This document shows positions 9,939 to 18,123 of a DNA stretch of 51,041 nucleotides, one piece after another. Origin of the DNA: Anaerolineaceae bacterium UBA5838. GTDB lineage: Bacteria; Chloroflexota; Anaerolineae; Anaerolineales; Anaerolineaceae. Position numbers and translations under genes: made by a program. Under the pieces are notes generated by a model. It worked only from the letters and a program-made list of their open reading frames with translations. It did no database searches and was not told the origin of the DNA. Positions within the stretch are counted from its first letter, which is position 1, and each line of letters begins with the position of its first letter. The stretch lies in assembly GCA_002432795.1 (NCBI GenBank), contig DJGU01000092.1, positions 203 to 51,243 on the forward strand. The letters run 5' to 3'.

Positions 9939-10847
9939 TTATTTTTCTAACTTCACTTCATGCCCACCAAATTTGTTTCGCATGGCTGCCAGCAACTTAT
10001 CGGCAAAAGCTTCTTCTTCTCGTGACCTTATGCGTCGCTGTAGGGACAAGGTAATGATTGGAGCAGCGACATCTAGATCAATTGCCTCAAAAACCGTCCA
10101 GCGACCCTCCCCAGAGTCTGGAACCCAAGCTTTAATTCCTGACAGGTTTTCATCCTCAGCCAAAGCGCTTGCCGTCAGATCAAGTAGCCAGGACCGCACC
10201 ACGCTGCCATCCTGCCAAATTTTGGCAATTTGAGAAAGGCTCAGGTCAAAGTCCTTCTTCGCCCGAAGGATCTCAAACCCTTCGGCATAAGCTTGCATCA
10301 AACCATATTCAATCCCGTTGTGGATCATTTTAACGAAGTGCCCGGATCCAGCTGGACCCACGTGTCCCCATCCTTTGTCAGGGGCAGGCGCAAGTGTTTC
10401 AAAAATCGCTCGGTATTTTTCGACAAATTCTGTTTCCCCGCCAATCATCAAGCTGTATCCTTCAGTTAAACCCCAAACTCCACCACTTGTTCCAACATCG
10501 ATGAAATGAATTCCTCGATCACTCAGTTCCTTCCCACGGCGAATGGAATCTTTGTAATTCGAATTTCCGCCGTCGATCACCGTGTCACCCGGTTCAAGCA
10601 AGTCTGCTGCTTTTTTGATTGTGTCATCTGTGATTTTTCCTGATGGCACCATGACCCATACCAACCTTGGCGCTTCTAATTCTTCAATGAGGGCATTGAG
10701 CGTGCGAGCACCTTCAGCGCCCGATCTTTCAACCGCCTGAATTGAAGCTTCATCTATATCAAACGCCACAACCCTGTGCCCACCTTTCAACAGGCGCGAA
10801 GCCATATTTGCGCCCATCTTCCCTAAACCAATCATTCCAATATCCAT
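9939..10847 (-). CDS. gnd: 6-phosphogluconate dehydrogenase, decarboxylating (short YqeC/Gnd-like form)
   Basis: N-terminal IGLGKMGANMASRL Rossmann motif, GGNSNYKDS, GSGHFVKMIHNGIEYG signature. 302 aa. Confidence 0.85.
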   Translation of the reverse strand: MDIGMIGLGKMGANMASRLLKGGHRVVAFDIDEASIQAVERSGAEGARTLNALIEELEAPRLVWVMVPSGKITDDTIKKAADLLEPGDTVIDGGNSNYKDSIRRGKELSDRGIHFIDVGTSGGVWGLTEGYSLMIGGETEFVEKYRAIFETLAPAPDKGWGHVGPAGSGHFVKMIHNGIEYGLMQAYAEGFEILRAKKDFDLSLSQIAKIWQDGSVVRSWLLDLTASALAEDENLSGIKAWVPDSGEGRWTVFEAIDLDVAAPIITLSLQRRIRSREEEAFADKLLAAMRNKFGGHEVKLEK

Positions 10848-11085
10848 GACAATCTCCTTTTTAATTTACCTATCACTCAGGTTAAAGTCCCGATGTGTAT
10901 TATGGTTGACTCAAGTATCCTTACCAAAAATCCTAAAGGGCCTCTGTTCCATAATCAACGCCTGGATCAAAGCCACTCTCTTTAGACGTTGTGTTGAGTT
11001 TGTCTATTACCATCTTTTTTTTTAAAAAAAGCCCAATTCCAATAATTACATTGGAAGAGGGCAGGCGAAAAAGGGTTCAAGTTAT

Positions 11086-11814
11086 CTACGGACTTCCATA
11101 AAGTGGGATGCGCGCGCCATTCACTGTTCTTGCTTCATCAGAGCAAAGGTACTGGATCGCCGCAAAGATTTCGTCGGGAGTAGTCCAGCTTGAATTGGCT
11201 GTGGAAGGGTTATTTTCTCTCGCATGTTTTACGTCGATCGTCCGGACGTGCAAAATATTTGCTGTCACGCCGGTGTCTCTTAATTCCTCTGCGAGGGTGA
11301 GAATCAAGGCTTCTTGTCCCGCCTTTGCGACCGAATATGGCAACCCCCTGGCTGGAGGTCTAACCGCGTGTGGTGAAGAAACCACGATGATCCTTCCCCA
11401 CTTGTTCTCAATTAGCTTTGGTACTATAGCCTGGGCAACATAAAAGGTGGACCAAACGTGTTGCTTCAACATATCTTCTACGTCTTCAGCCTGAACCTGA
11501 GAAAGCGGCTTGCCGCCAATCCAACCTCCAATAAGATGAATTAAGATGTCGACTCGACCAAACTTATTCATCACAGCGTTCAGGATATCCTGAGCACCCT
11601 CCTTAGTCGTAAGATCGGCAGCTATTGAAAGCCACTTTTCTCCTGGGAGCTCCAACGCATTGCCCAACAAATCCAGCTTTTCAGGAGTTGTGCCAACCAG
11701 TACAACGTTAGCACCCAGCTTTGCTAATTGCCGCGTTACGACGCTGCCAAGCCCTCCGGTTGCGCCGGTAATCACAGCAACCTTGTCTTCAATACTATTG
11801 ATTACTCTATCCAT
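11086..11814 (-). CDS. SDR-family oxidoreductase
   Basis: TGATGGLG cofactor motif and YSVAKAG (YxxxK) catalytic motif. Confidence 0.85.
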   Translation of the reverse strand: MDRVINSIEDKVAVITGATGGLGSVVTRQLAKLGANVVLVGTTPEKLDLLGNALELPGEKWLSIAADLTTKEGAQDILNAVMNKFGRVDILIHLIGGWIGGKPLSQVQAEDVEDMLKQHVWSTFYVAQAIVPKLIENKWGRIIVVSSPHAVRPPARGLPYSVAKAGQEALILTLAEELRDTGVTANILHVRTIDVKHARENNPSTANSSWTTPDEIFAAIQYLCSDEARTVNGARIPLYGSP

Positions 11815-11817
11815 TAA

Positions 11818-12582
11818 TTAAACTTCTCCTTGGTGCAAAGCCCCAATCTGCTCGTTAGTCATCCCTTCAACGATGGGCAGGTCAGACTGCTCAAACAAAC
11901 GCGTTTCAGAACCAAAAGTCATCATATGACCTGATTTCTCTGCTTTGGTTCTCAAATAAAATTCATTGTACTGATTGGGTGGGATGACCAGAGGAATTCT
12001 TCCGGTGATATTAATGCCATATCGTTTTAATTCTTCAATTTTCTTGGGGTTATTCGTCATCAGTTGGATGGATTTTACTTTGAGTGAGTCGAGCATATGA
12101 GCAGCTGAACTGTATTCACGCTCATCATCCCGGAACCCCAAGGCAAGGTTCGCCTGAACCGTATCAAAACCCTTGTCCTGAAGCCCATAAGCCCTGATTT
12201 TATTGACCAGACCGATTCCTCGACCTTCCTGGCGCATATAGAGCAGGATTCCGTTTTCCATCTTGCCAATGGTCTTAAGGGATGTTTCCAATTGGTCCCT
12301 GCAATCGCAGCGCAAAGAGCCGATTGCATCTCCTGTCAGACACTCGCTGTGAACCCTGACAGGAACATTCTCGGCGCCGGTAATATCGCCATGAACGAAA
12401 GCGGCGTGTTCTTCCTTGTCTCTGTTATTCCAGAACGCAACCACCTGGAACTGCCCAAATCGCGAGGGCAATTCAGCAATTGATGCAATCCTCACACATA
12501 TATGGTCAGCTCCATATCCATCGCATTCGTGAGCTCGGTTCTCATCAAGGATCTCTTCAATTTGTAAATGAGTAAGTGACAT
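11818..12582 (-). CDS. ribA: GTP cyclohydrolase II (stand-alone, with a C-terminal extension)
   Basis: HSECLTGDAIGSLRCDCRDQLE zinc/cysteine motif and YMRQEGRGIGL. Confidence 0.85.
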   Translation of the reverse strand: MSLTHLQIEEILDENRAHECDGYGADHICVRIASIAELPSRFGQFQVVAFWNNRDKEEHAAFVHGDITGAENVPVRVHSECLTGDAIGSLRCDCRDQLETSLKTIGKMENGILLYMRQEGRGIGLVNKIRAYGLQDKGFDTVQANLALGFRDDEREYSSAAHMLDSLKVKSIQLMTNNPKKIEELKRYGINITGRIPLVIPPNQYNEFYLRTKAEKSGHMMTFGSETRLFEQSDLPIVEGMTNEQIGALHQGEV

Positions 12583-12602
12583 ATTTATTCTCCTTATTTA
12601 GT

Positions 12603-13283
12603 TTAAATTATATAGCGCAGGACTAATCCGTCATCGTCATATTGTTGAATCGAATCCAACTTTAATTGTTTTGCATATTCCCTTTCAAACCCATCACTGC
12701 TCGCGAAGGTTGGAGCGCTCGACCCACCAAAGATTAACGGCGCAATATAAATGTTTATCTCATTTATCAGATTTAGCTTGAGTAACTCTTCGTTTAAGGT
12801 TCCACCGCCTTCTACCAGCAGTTCTTTTACCCCAAGATTACCAAGTTGAGTAATGGCTTTTTTGAGGTCTACTCGCAAGCCTTCTGTCACAAACACGTTG
12901 ACCCCAAGATCGCGAAGTTCACGGATTTTTTCCGGAGCGGTTTTCGTGGTCGTAAAAATTACAATTTTGGCAGGTCCATTGTTTAGAAATCGGCAATTCC
13001 GGTTCAAATCTGCGTTTGTGATGATTCCAACCTTGATTGGGTTTTCTCCTTTTCCAGCAGCAAGCCGCGCTTTCCGCAGAGACTCCGTCTTAACTGTCAG
13101 CCTGGGATCATCACCAAGAAGCGTATGACCACCAACCATGATCGCGTCACTCGCAGCACGCAATTGATCAACTCTCATCATATCCAGGGGGGAAGAGATC
13201 AATGCTCCACGCCTGGCTATGGTATCCGTTTTACCGTCTGCGGTCATCGCCACATTGAGAGTGATATATGGCACATTTGTCAT
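12603..13283 (-). CDS. RibD C-terminal-domain reductase (2,5-diamino-6-ribosylamino-pyrimidinone 5-phosphate reductase-like; no deaminase domain)
   Basis: ITLNVAMTADGK and LLVEGGGTLN are typical of the RibD_C / dihydrofolate-reductase-like fold. 226 aa. Confidence 0.7.
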   Translation of the reverse strand: MTNVPYITLNVAMTADGKTDTIARRGALISSPLDMMRVDQLRAASDAIMVGGHTLLGDDPRLTVKTESLRKARLAAGKGENPIKVGIITNADLNRNCRFLNNGPAKIVIFTTTKTAPEKIRELRDLGVNVFVTEGLRVDLKKAITQLGNLGVKELLVEGGGTLNEELLKLNLINEINIYIAPLIFGGSSAPTFASSDGFEREYAKQLKLDSIQQYDDDGLVLRYII

Positions 13284-13365
13284 GGTTTACTCAAAAGTTC
13301 TCATCGTAAAACAAGATTATTGTAGCCCAACGTTATTGCGAATTCTTCAACATTCCTGGCTAAGC

Positions 13366-14115
13366 TTATGCAACTATTTGTTGCTCTGTCATCATATTAT
13401 TGATTACTTGAGGGAGTAGTCTGGCATCGTGCACAACCCAACGCTCATTCAATAGCACATTCTTTTTGAATGACGCATCTGTTAGTTGTGTTGTCACAGC
13501 AATAACTTGCATCCCGGCAGATAATGCTGCCCTTACGCCGCTGGGGGAATCCTCGATCACTAAGGTTTCGTTTGGCGCCACTCCTAACCTATTTGAAACC
13601 AGCGCGTAGATCTCTGGGTCGGGTTTTCCATTTTCAACGTCATCGCGGCTGGCAACAAAATCGAACGAATCGCGTAGATCCAAAGCATCCAGAATGCGAT
13701 TGACCTGAGGGCAGTAAGACATCGTGGCTAATCCGATACGGCAGCCTGTTCGTCGAACCTCATCGAGCAAGGTCATATTATGCGGCCAGATGTTCTCGCG
13801 GATGACTTGTGGATCGATGATTAACTGCTCGTAATATTTCAGCCTGATTTGTACAAACGCCTGCCAGGGGGACGAAACACCAAACTCAGGCATTCGAGCA
13901 CGCGCAGCATCCTCGAGTTCAAATTTCTCCAATAAACCTCGTGAGACTTCTGCCCGTGATAAACCCACCAATTCTTTATATGCCTCAAAAACGGTCTCCT
14001 CTTTGATGAGGTTTGGACTTAATTCTTGTAGAGCGTGAGCATAAGAATGTGCTTTTAACCTTTCTGTTTGAACGAGGGTACCATCCAGGTCAAAAATGAC
14101 GGCTCGTATGGTCAT
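13366..14115 (-). CDS. HAD-superfamily hydrolase (beta-phosphoglucomutase-like subfamily IA)
   Basis: Motif I VIFDLDGTLV, then GKPDPEIY, then motif IV VIEDSPSGVRAA. Confidence 0.8.
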   Translation of the reverse strand: MTIRAVIFDLDGTLVQTERLKAHSYAHALQELSPNLIKEETVFEAYKELVGLSRAEVSRGLLEKFELEDAARARMPEFGVSSPWQAFVQIRLKYYEQLIIDPQVIRENIWPHNMTLLDEVRRTGCRIGLATMSYCPQVNRILDALDLRDSFDFVASRDDVENGKPDPEIYALVSNRLGVAPNETLVIEDSPSGVRAALSAGMQVIAVTTQLTDASFKKNVLLNERWVVHDARLLPQVINNMMTEQQIVA

Positions 14116-14184
14116 TTTCAGTCCTCCATTAACATTTTCCGGGTTGATCGAATGTTCCTGCCCAAAATATAACTGATCATTGTC

Positions 14185-14934
14185 TTAACTTCTTTCCCTG
14201 ATCAACTTAGCCGCGCTTGAATCAACATGCCAGATAATATTTCCTTGAGCCGGCTGGATCCTTTGAACTGGAATATTCTCCGGGTCAAGATGGTCTGATA
14301 ATGCGATTTGGAGCATTCTTGCTTTGGCTTCACCCACAATCAGAAAGATTACATTTCTGGAAGCGTTGAAAACCATCGGTGTAAGCGTGACCCGCGCTGC
14401 CGGGCGGTCTTGACACGATGCATTAACCTGTATGACCGGGCTCACATCCTCACCTGGGCTAATTCTGCCTGGAAACAGCGAGGCTGTATGACCATCTTCA
14501 CCCATCCCCATCAGCGCGATATCAAAAACCGGCCAGGGGGTTTTGCCCTTGGCAAAATTCGAAAGGACATGAATATAGTCTGACACTGCATCCTGAGGGC
14601 TAAGTTCCCCTTTAATCCTGTGGATATTTTCAGCACTTGCAGGAATCTTACTCAGAAAATTGTCAAATGCTTGTCTATAATTGCTGTCCGAATACTCTGG
14701 GGGAACACAGCGCTCATCTCCCCAGAAAAAATGGACCTCACTCCAGGGAACAGAATAATGGCTTTGGTTTTGAGCAAGTGCCTCATACACACCAATCGGA
14801 GAAGAACCGCCAGAAAGCCCGATATTTGCAGTTCCGCGCAGATGTACAGCCTGTGTGAGGATCTCAGCAATGCTTTCAGAAGCAGCATTGTTAAGGTCTT
14901 CAACACTATTATGAATCCATACCGTTTTTTCCAT
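14185..14934 (-). CDS. pgl: 6-phosphogluconolactonase
   Basis: GLSGGSSP, FFWGDERCVP, GMGEDGHTASLFPG. Confidence 0.85.
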   Translation of the reverse strand: MEKTVWIHNSVEDLNNAASESIAEILTQAVHLRGTANIGLSGGSSPIGVYEALAQNQSHYSVPWSEVHFFWGDERCVPPEYSDSNYRQAFDNFLSKIPASAENIHRIKGELSPQDAVSDYIHVLSNFAKGKTPWPVFDIALMGMGEDGHTASLFPGRISPGEDVSPVIQVNASCQDRPAARVTLTPMVFNASRNVIFLIVGEAKARMLQIALSDHLDPENIPVQRIQPAQGNIIWHVDSSAAKLIRERS

Positions 14935-14986
14935 CTTATTTTCTTACTCCCGATTGAAGCGAGTCGCCCAAATCAACTTAAGATTC

Positions 14987-15082
14987 TTAATCAATCAAAC
15001 AGGCAAGTCCACAATCAACATAGACGACACCTAAAGCAGTTTTTGTTCCACCAACGTCACCAATAGGGTTACATTTTCCCAT
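14987..15082 (-). pseudogene. 31-codon remnant of an ASKHA sugar-kinase (glucokinase-like) N-terminus, with an intact Shine-Dalgarno and ATG
   Basis: MGKCNPIGDVGGTKTALGVVYVDCGLACLID carries the phosphate-1 motif GDxGGTKT..L..V of glucokinase-type kinases. AGGAG lies 5 nt upstream of the ATG. A stop follows after 31 codons, and only ~50 nt remain before pgl. Confidence 0.4.
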
Positions 15083-15251
15083 AGTTACTCCTATAAGATA
15101 AAATACTTGTATGACCTGCACGTATCCCGACGTGGTAAGGTTGGGTTTAATTACTTCGTTGAGTCTGTAAGAAATCTTCATCCGGAAGCATCCAACAAAA
15201 AATCCAGACGCAAGCGGAGAACTATAACCAAAGCGTATGAGGAGAAAAGTA

Positions 15252-16709
15252 ATGTCTGAATCAACCACAATTATCATTTTTGGAGTCTCTGGTGATCTTG
15301 CCCAGCGCAAATTAATTCCCGGATTATTTAACTTGTTTCAGAAGAAAAAGCTTGAAAGTAATTTTAGAATTGTCGGGCTGGCTGGACGCCCTTGGCAAGA
15401 TGAAGATCTTCGCGCCACCGCAAGGAAATCGATAGACTCCTTTGCCGGGTTCAAGGTAGAAAATGATAAATGGAATGAATTTGCTGGAAAACTATTTTAT
15501 ATTTCCGGAGATTTCCGCAATGAACAATCCTATAATACGCTGTCAGAGAAGCTGGAGTTTTTGGAAAAAGGAGCTGCAAACAGATTGTATTACCTCGCGA
15601 CTCCGCCAGATTTCTTTATCGATATCATTGAAAACCTTGGGAAAACGAATCAGGTTGATGAGTTGGAAGGCTGGAGAAGGGTAGTTATCGAAAAACCTTT
15701 CGGGACTGATTATGAATCAGCAAAGAAACTCAACTCCGAGATTCACAAGGTTCTTAACGAGGAACAGATCTACCGCATTGACCATTACTTGGGAAAAGAA
15801 ACTGTTCAAAATATCTTGGTAGCTCGATTTGCAAACACAATTTTTGAACCGATTTGGAACCGCAACTATATTGACAATGTTCAAATAACTGTCGCTGAAA
15901 AAGTTGGTTTGGAACGCCGCGCAAAATACTACGATAAAGTAGGTGTTGTTCGGGATATGTTCCAAAATCATTTACTCCAGTTGCTTTCTTTAATTGCTAT
16001 GGAACCCACAGCTTCTTACAAGGCTAATGACCTGCGTGATGAAAAAGTTAAAGTTATCAAATCCATCAGGAGAATTCCTTTTGAAAAAGTAGAAAGCGAA
16101 GCGGTTCGGGGTCAATACCGCGGCTATAGCCAAGAAGAAGGCGTATCGGAAGGAACACAAACGCCCACCTTTGCAGCGATTCGTTTCTATATCGACAATT
16201 GGCGCTGGCAGGGAGTTCCATTTTACCTTCGCTCCGGGAAAAGGATGCCTGAAAAAGTAAGTGAAATTGTCATCCAGTTCAAGAAACCACCCCATCTCAT
16301 GTTTCCGTTGCCTGAAGAGTATGAATTCTCAGCCAATCGTCTTACCCTTTGCCTGCAACCTGATGAAGGAATTCACCTGAAGTTTGAGACGAAAGTTCCG
16401 GACACGATTGCTGAAACCCGGTCGGTGGATCTTGAGTATCATTATCGGGATGTGTTTGGCAAAGATGCCATTCCTGAAGCCTACGAAAGGTTATTGTTGG
16501 ATGCGATTACCGGAGATGCATCATTATTTACCCGTGGGGATCGTAGTGAACTGGCCTGGGAATTAATTGATCCGATCCTTCAAGCATGGGAAAGCCCGAA
16601 CGCTCCACCTTTGCCCATATATGAACAGGGAAGCTGGGGTCCCATTGAGGCAGATATGCTGCTAGCAGGGGATTCTCTCAAATGGCAGCGTGGATGTGGA
16701 AATCATTGA
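15252..16709 (+). CDS. zwf: Glucose-6-phosphate 1-dehydrogenase
   Basis: IIFGVSGDLAQRKL, RIDHYLGKE, RDMFQNHLLQLL. The start is set at the ATG at 15252, preceded by GAGGAG. The track start at 15237 is the alternative. Confidence 0.9.
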   Translation: MSESTTIIIFGVSGDLAQRKLIPGLFNLFQKKKLESNFRIVGLAGRPWQDEDLRATARKSIDSFAGFKVENDKWNEFAGKLFYISGDFRNEQSYNTLSEKLEFLEKGAANRLYYLATPPDFFIDIIENLGKTNQVDELEGWRRVVIEKPFGTDYESAKKLNSEIHKVLNEEQIYRIDHYLGKETVQNILVARFANTIFEPIWNRNYIDNVQITVAEKVGLERRAKYYDKVGVVRDMFQNHLLQLLSLIAMEPTASYKANDLRDEKVKVIKSIRRIPFEKVESEAVRGQYRGYSQEEGVSEGTQTPTFAAIRFYIDNWRWQGVPFYLRSGKRMPEKVSEIVIQFKKPPHLMFPLPEEYEFSANRLTLCLQPDEGIHLKFETKVPDTIAETRSVDLEYHYRDVFGKDAIPEAYERLLLDAITGDASLFTRGDRSELAWELIDPILQAWESPNAPPLPIYEQGSWGPIEADMLLAGDSLKWQRGCGNH

Positions 16710-16723
16710 TAAAGGAAATCGAT

Positions 16724-17431
16724 ATGCCTGATCACACGGAAATAGATTTATATAACTACGACGAATTCGTTCCTGAAAAATTTGAGCGTTGGATGAGATT
16801 TGACGATAGCCCACCGGTGGGAAAACTGGTGCCGGATTTTCCCTTATGGAATTTGGATCGATCCACAACCAGTTTGAAAACTGAAATCACTAAACATGCC
16901 TACACCATAGTCGAGTTTGGTAGTTTTACCTGACCATACTGCGGGCTGGCGTGCCCAGCCATGAATAAAGTTGCTGTGGATTTCGAAAACAGTGACATTG
17001 GATCGGTTTTTATCTATACCCATGAAGCCCATCCAGGCGAAAACTATCCCCATTTAACGAGTATGGATCAAAAGTTCCGTCACGCCGAGGCACTTCGTGA
17101 TGTTTATGGTGTTACACGGCGGATACTTCTGGACGCTTTGAATGGTGCGTGCCACAGGCACTTTGGTTCCATGCCAAACATGACCTGGATATTCAACCGC
17201 TCCGGGATACCTGTTTATAAATCCGATTGGTCAGATTCCCACAGCGTGAGGAACGCCCTGGAGTATTATCTGGAAATCCCCAATCGCAGAAAAGCCGGCG
17301 AGCGATTGGCTCCATTCCATGTGGAGCGCCTTGATTATCGCAACCAGGAAAGGGAGTTATTTTACGAGTCTCTGGAAAGGAATGGACCAAAGGCCGTCGC
17401 GGAGTTTCAAAAAGCTTTTCCATCAGGTTGA
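16724..17431 (+). CDS. Deiodinase-like thioredoxin-fold selenoprotein; UGA at 16931-16933 read as selenocysteine
   Basis: Track ORFs 16682-16933 and 16961-17431 are in the same frame, separated by TGA plus 9 sense codons. The joined sequence TIVEFGSFT-U-PYC...VFIYTHEAHPGENYP fits the FGSxT-[U/C]-P ... Y.xEAHP pattern of the iodothyronine-deiodinase-like family. A hairpin follows the UGA. The start is placed at ATG 16724, after AAGGAAA. Confidence 0.75.
16944..16960 (+). promoter_or_regulatory. Candidate bacterial SECIS hairpin for the UGA at 16931
   Basis: GGCTGG-CGTGC-CCAGCC is a 6-bp GC-rich stem with a 5-nt loop containing GU. It starts after a 10-nt spacer from the UGA. A possible 3-bp lower stem pairs CAT (16935-16937) with ATG (16961-16963). 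Confidence 0.55.
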
Positions 17432-17488
17432 TAGAGTTCTATTGATAAACTTGGGATTTGGAGTACCTAATACCTGTATAATTGAAGA

Positions 17489-17833
17489 ATGGTGGTACGC
17501 AGCGATTCCGGTTGGATAAACCTGATTAATTGCGAGCGTACATTGAGCAATCCCGTTTTTGCTGAGCTGTATGAGCTAATAGTTTCACTGTTGCCTGTTG
17601 GAGTAAAAGACAGCCGCTTTGAGTTTTGTGAGCAGGTAGAAGAACAAATAAAGGGAGTTGCAAACTTTACACTTGAATATGTTAGCGAGAATTTGCAAAA
17701 ATATGATGGGGGTACACCATTTTTAAAATGGGTATTGAATATTGCGGTACGGCAGTTGTTATACGAATTACGAGTTGAAAAATGGAAAATTGACTCAAAG
17801 GAGGAAGGCTTCCCACAAGTACCTGAAGAATGA
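17489..17833 (+). CDS. ECF-type sigma-70 factor, sigma2 (region 2) portion; ends at an in-frame TGA in the inter-domain linker
   Basis: TPFLKWVLNIAVRQLLYELRVEKW aligns with FTTWVYTIAVRFALTEIRRAKW of the intact paralogue at 30252-30887. Confidence 0.6.
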   Translation: MVVRSDSGWINLINCERTLSNPVFAELYELIVSLLPVGVKDSRFEFCEQVEEQIKGVANFTLEYVSENLQKYDGGTPFLKWVLNIAVRQLLYELRVEKWKIDSKEEGFPQVPEE

Positions 17834-17836
17834 CGC

Positions 17837-18082
17837 ATGATACTTTCTGAAAATGAGTTTTTGCAATTTACCCACAACTTGTTCAAACAAGAGCTTTCAG
17901 AGAGTCAACGAATCGCAATTCGCTCGATGGTGATGTTCAGAATGCCAAAAGAAGAGGTAATGCGATTATTACTGATGGAGCGTTGTGATTATTTTAAAAT
18001 GATCCATGATGCGCGCCTGAGAATTAAGCGGCGTTTACAAAATGATAGCGTCGTTGTTACAGAACAGCTGACAGACCTGTAG
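17837..18082 (+). CDS. ECF-type sigma-70 factor, sigma4 (region 4 HTH) portion; same frame as 17489-17833, ATG 3 nt after the TGA
   Basis: LSESQRIAIRSMVMFRMPKEEVMRLLLMERCDYFKMIHDARLRIKRRL aligns with LTEKQRTALMAVAIHGIPLAEVARSMNTERNALYKLLHDARLKLKRHM of the paralogue. Confidence 0.55.
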   Translation: MILSENEFLQFTHNLFKQELSESQRIAIRSMVMFRMPKEEVMRLLLMERCDYFKMIHDARLRIKRRLQNDSVVVTEQLTDL

Positions 18083-18123
18083 ATCATCATCATAGTAGAA
18101 TACGCTTCAGTTTGGATTGAGAA

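Noticed and set aside
14987-15310. The full 107-aa minus-strand ORF between pgl and zwf.
   Set aside because: Its upstream two-thirds overlaps the zwf start region on the opposite strand and has no recognisable features. Only the last 31 codons, which have their own Shine-Dalgarno and ATG, show kinase-like sequence.
17831-17900. A confident call of selenocysteine insertion at the sigma-factor UGA.
   Set aside because: Downstream sequence offers only an AU-rich, mismatched hairpin (roughly 17835-17864). It has no GC-rich upper stem or GU apical loop like those after the other two UGAs. A Sec in an acidic inter-domain linker also has no obvious chemical role. It is kept as a hypothesis in the findings, not as a feature.
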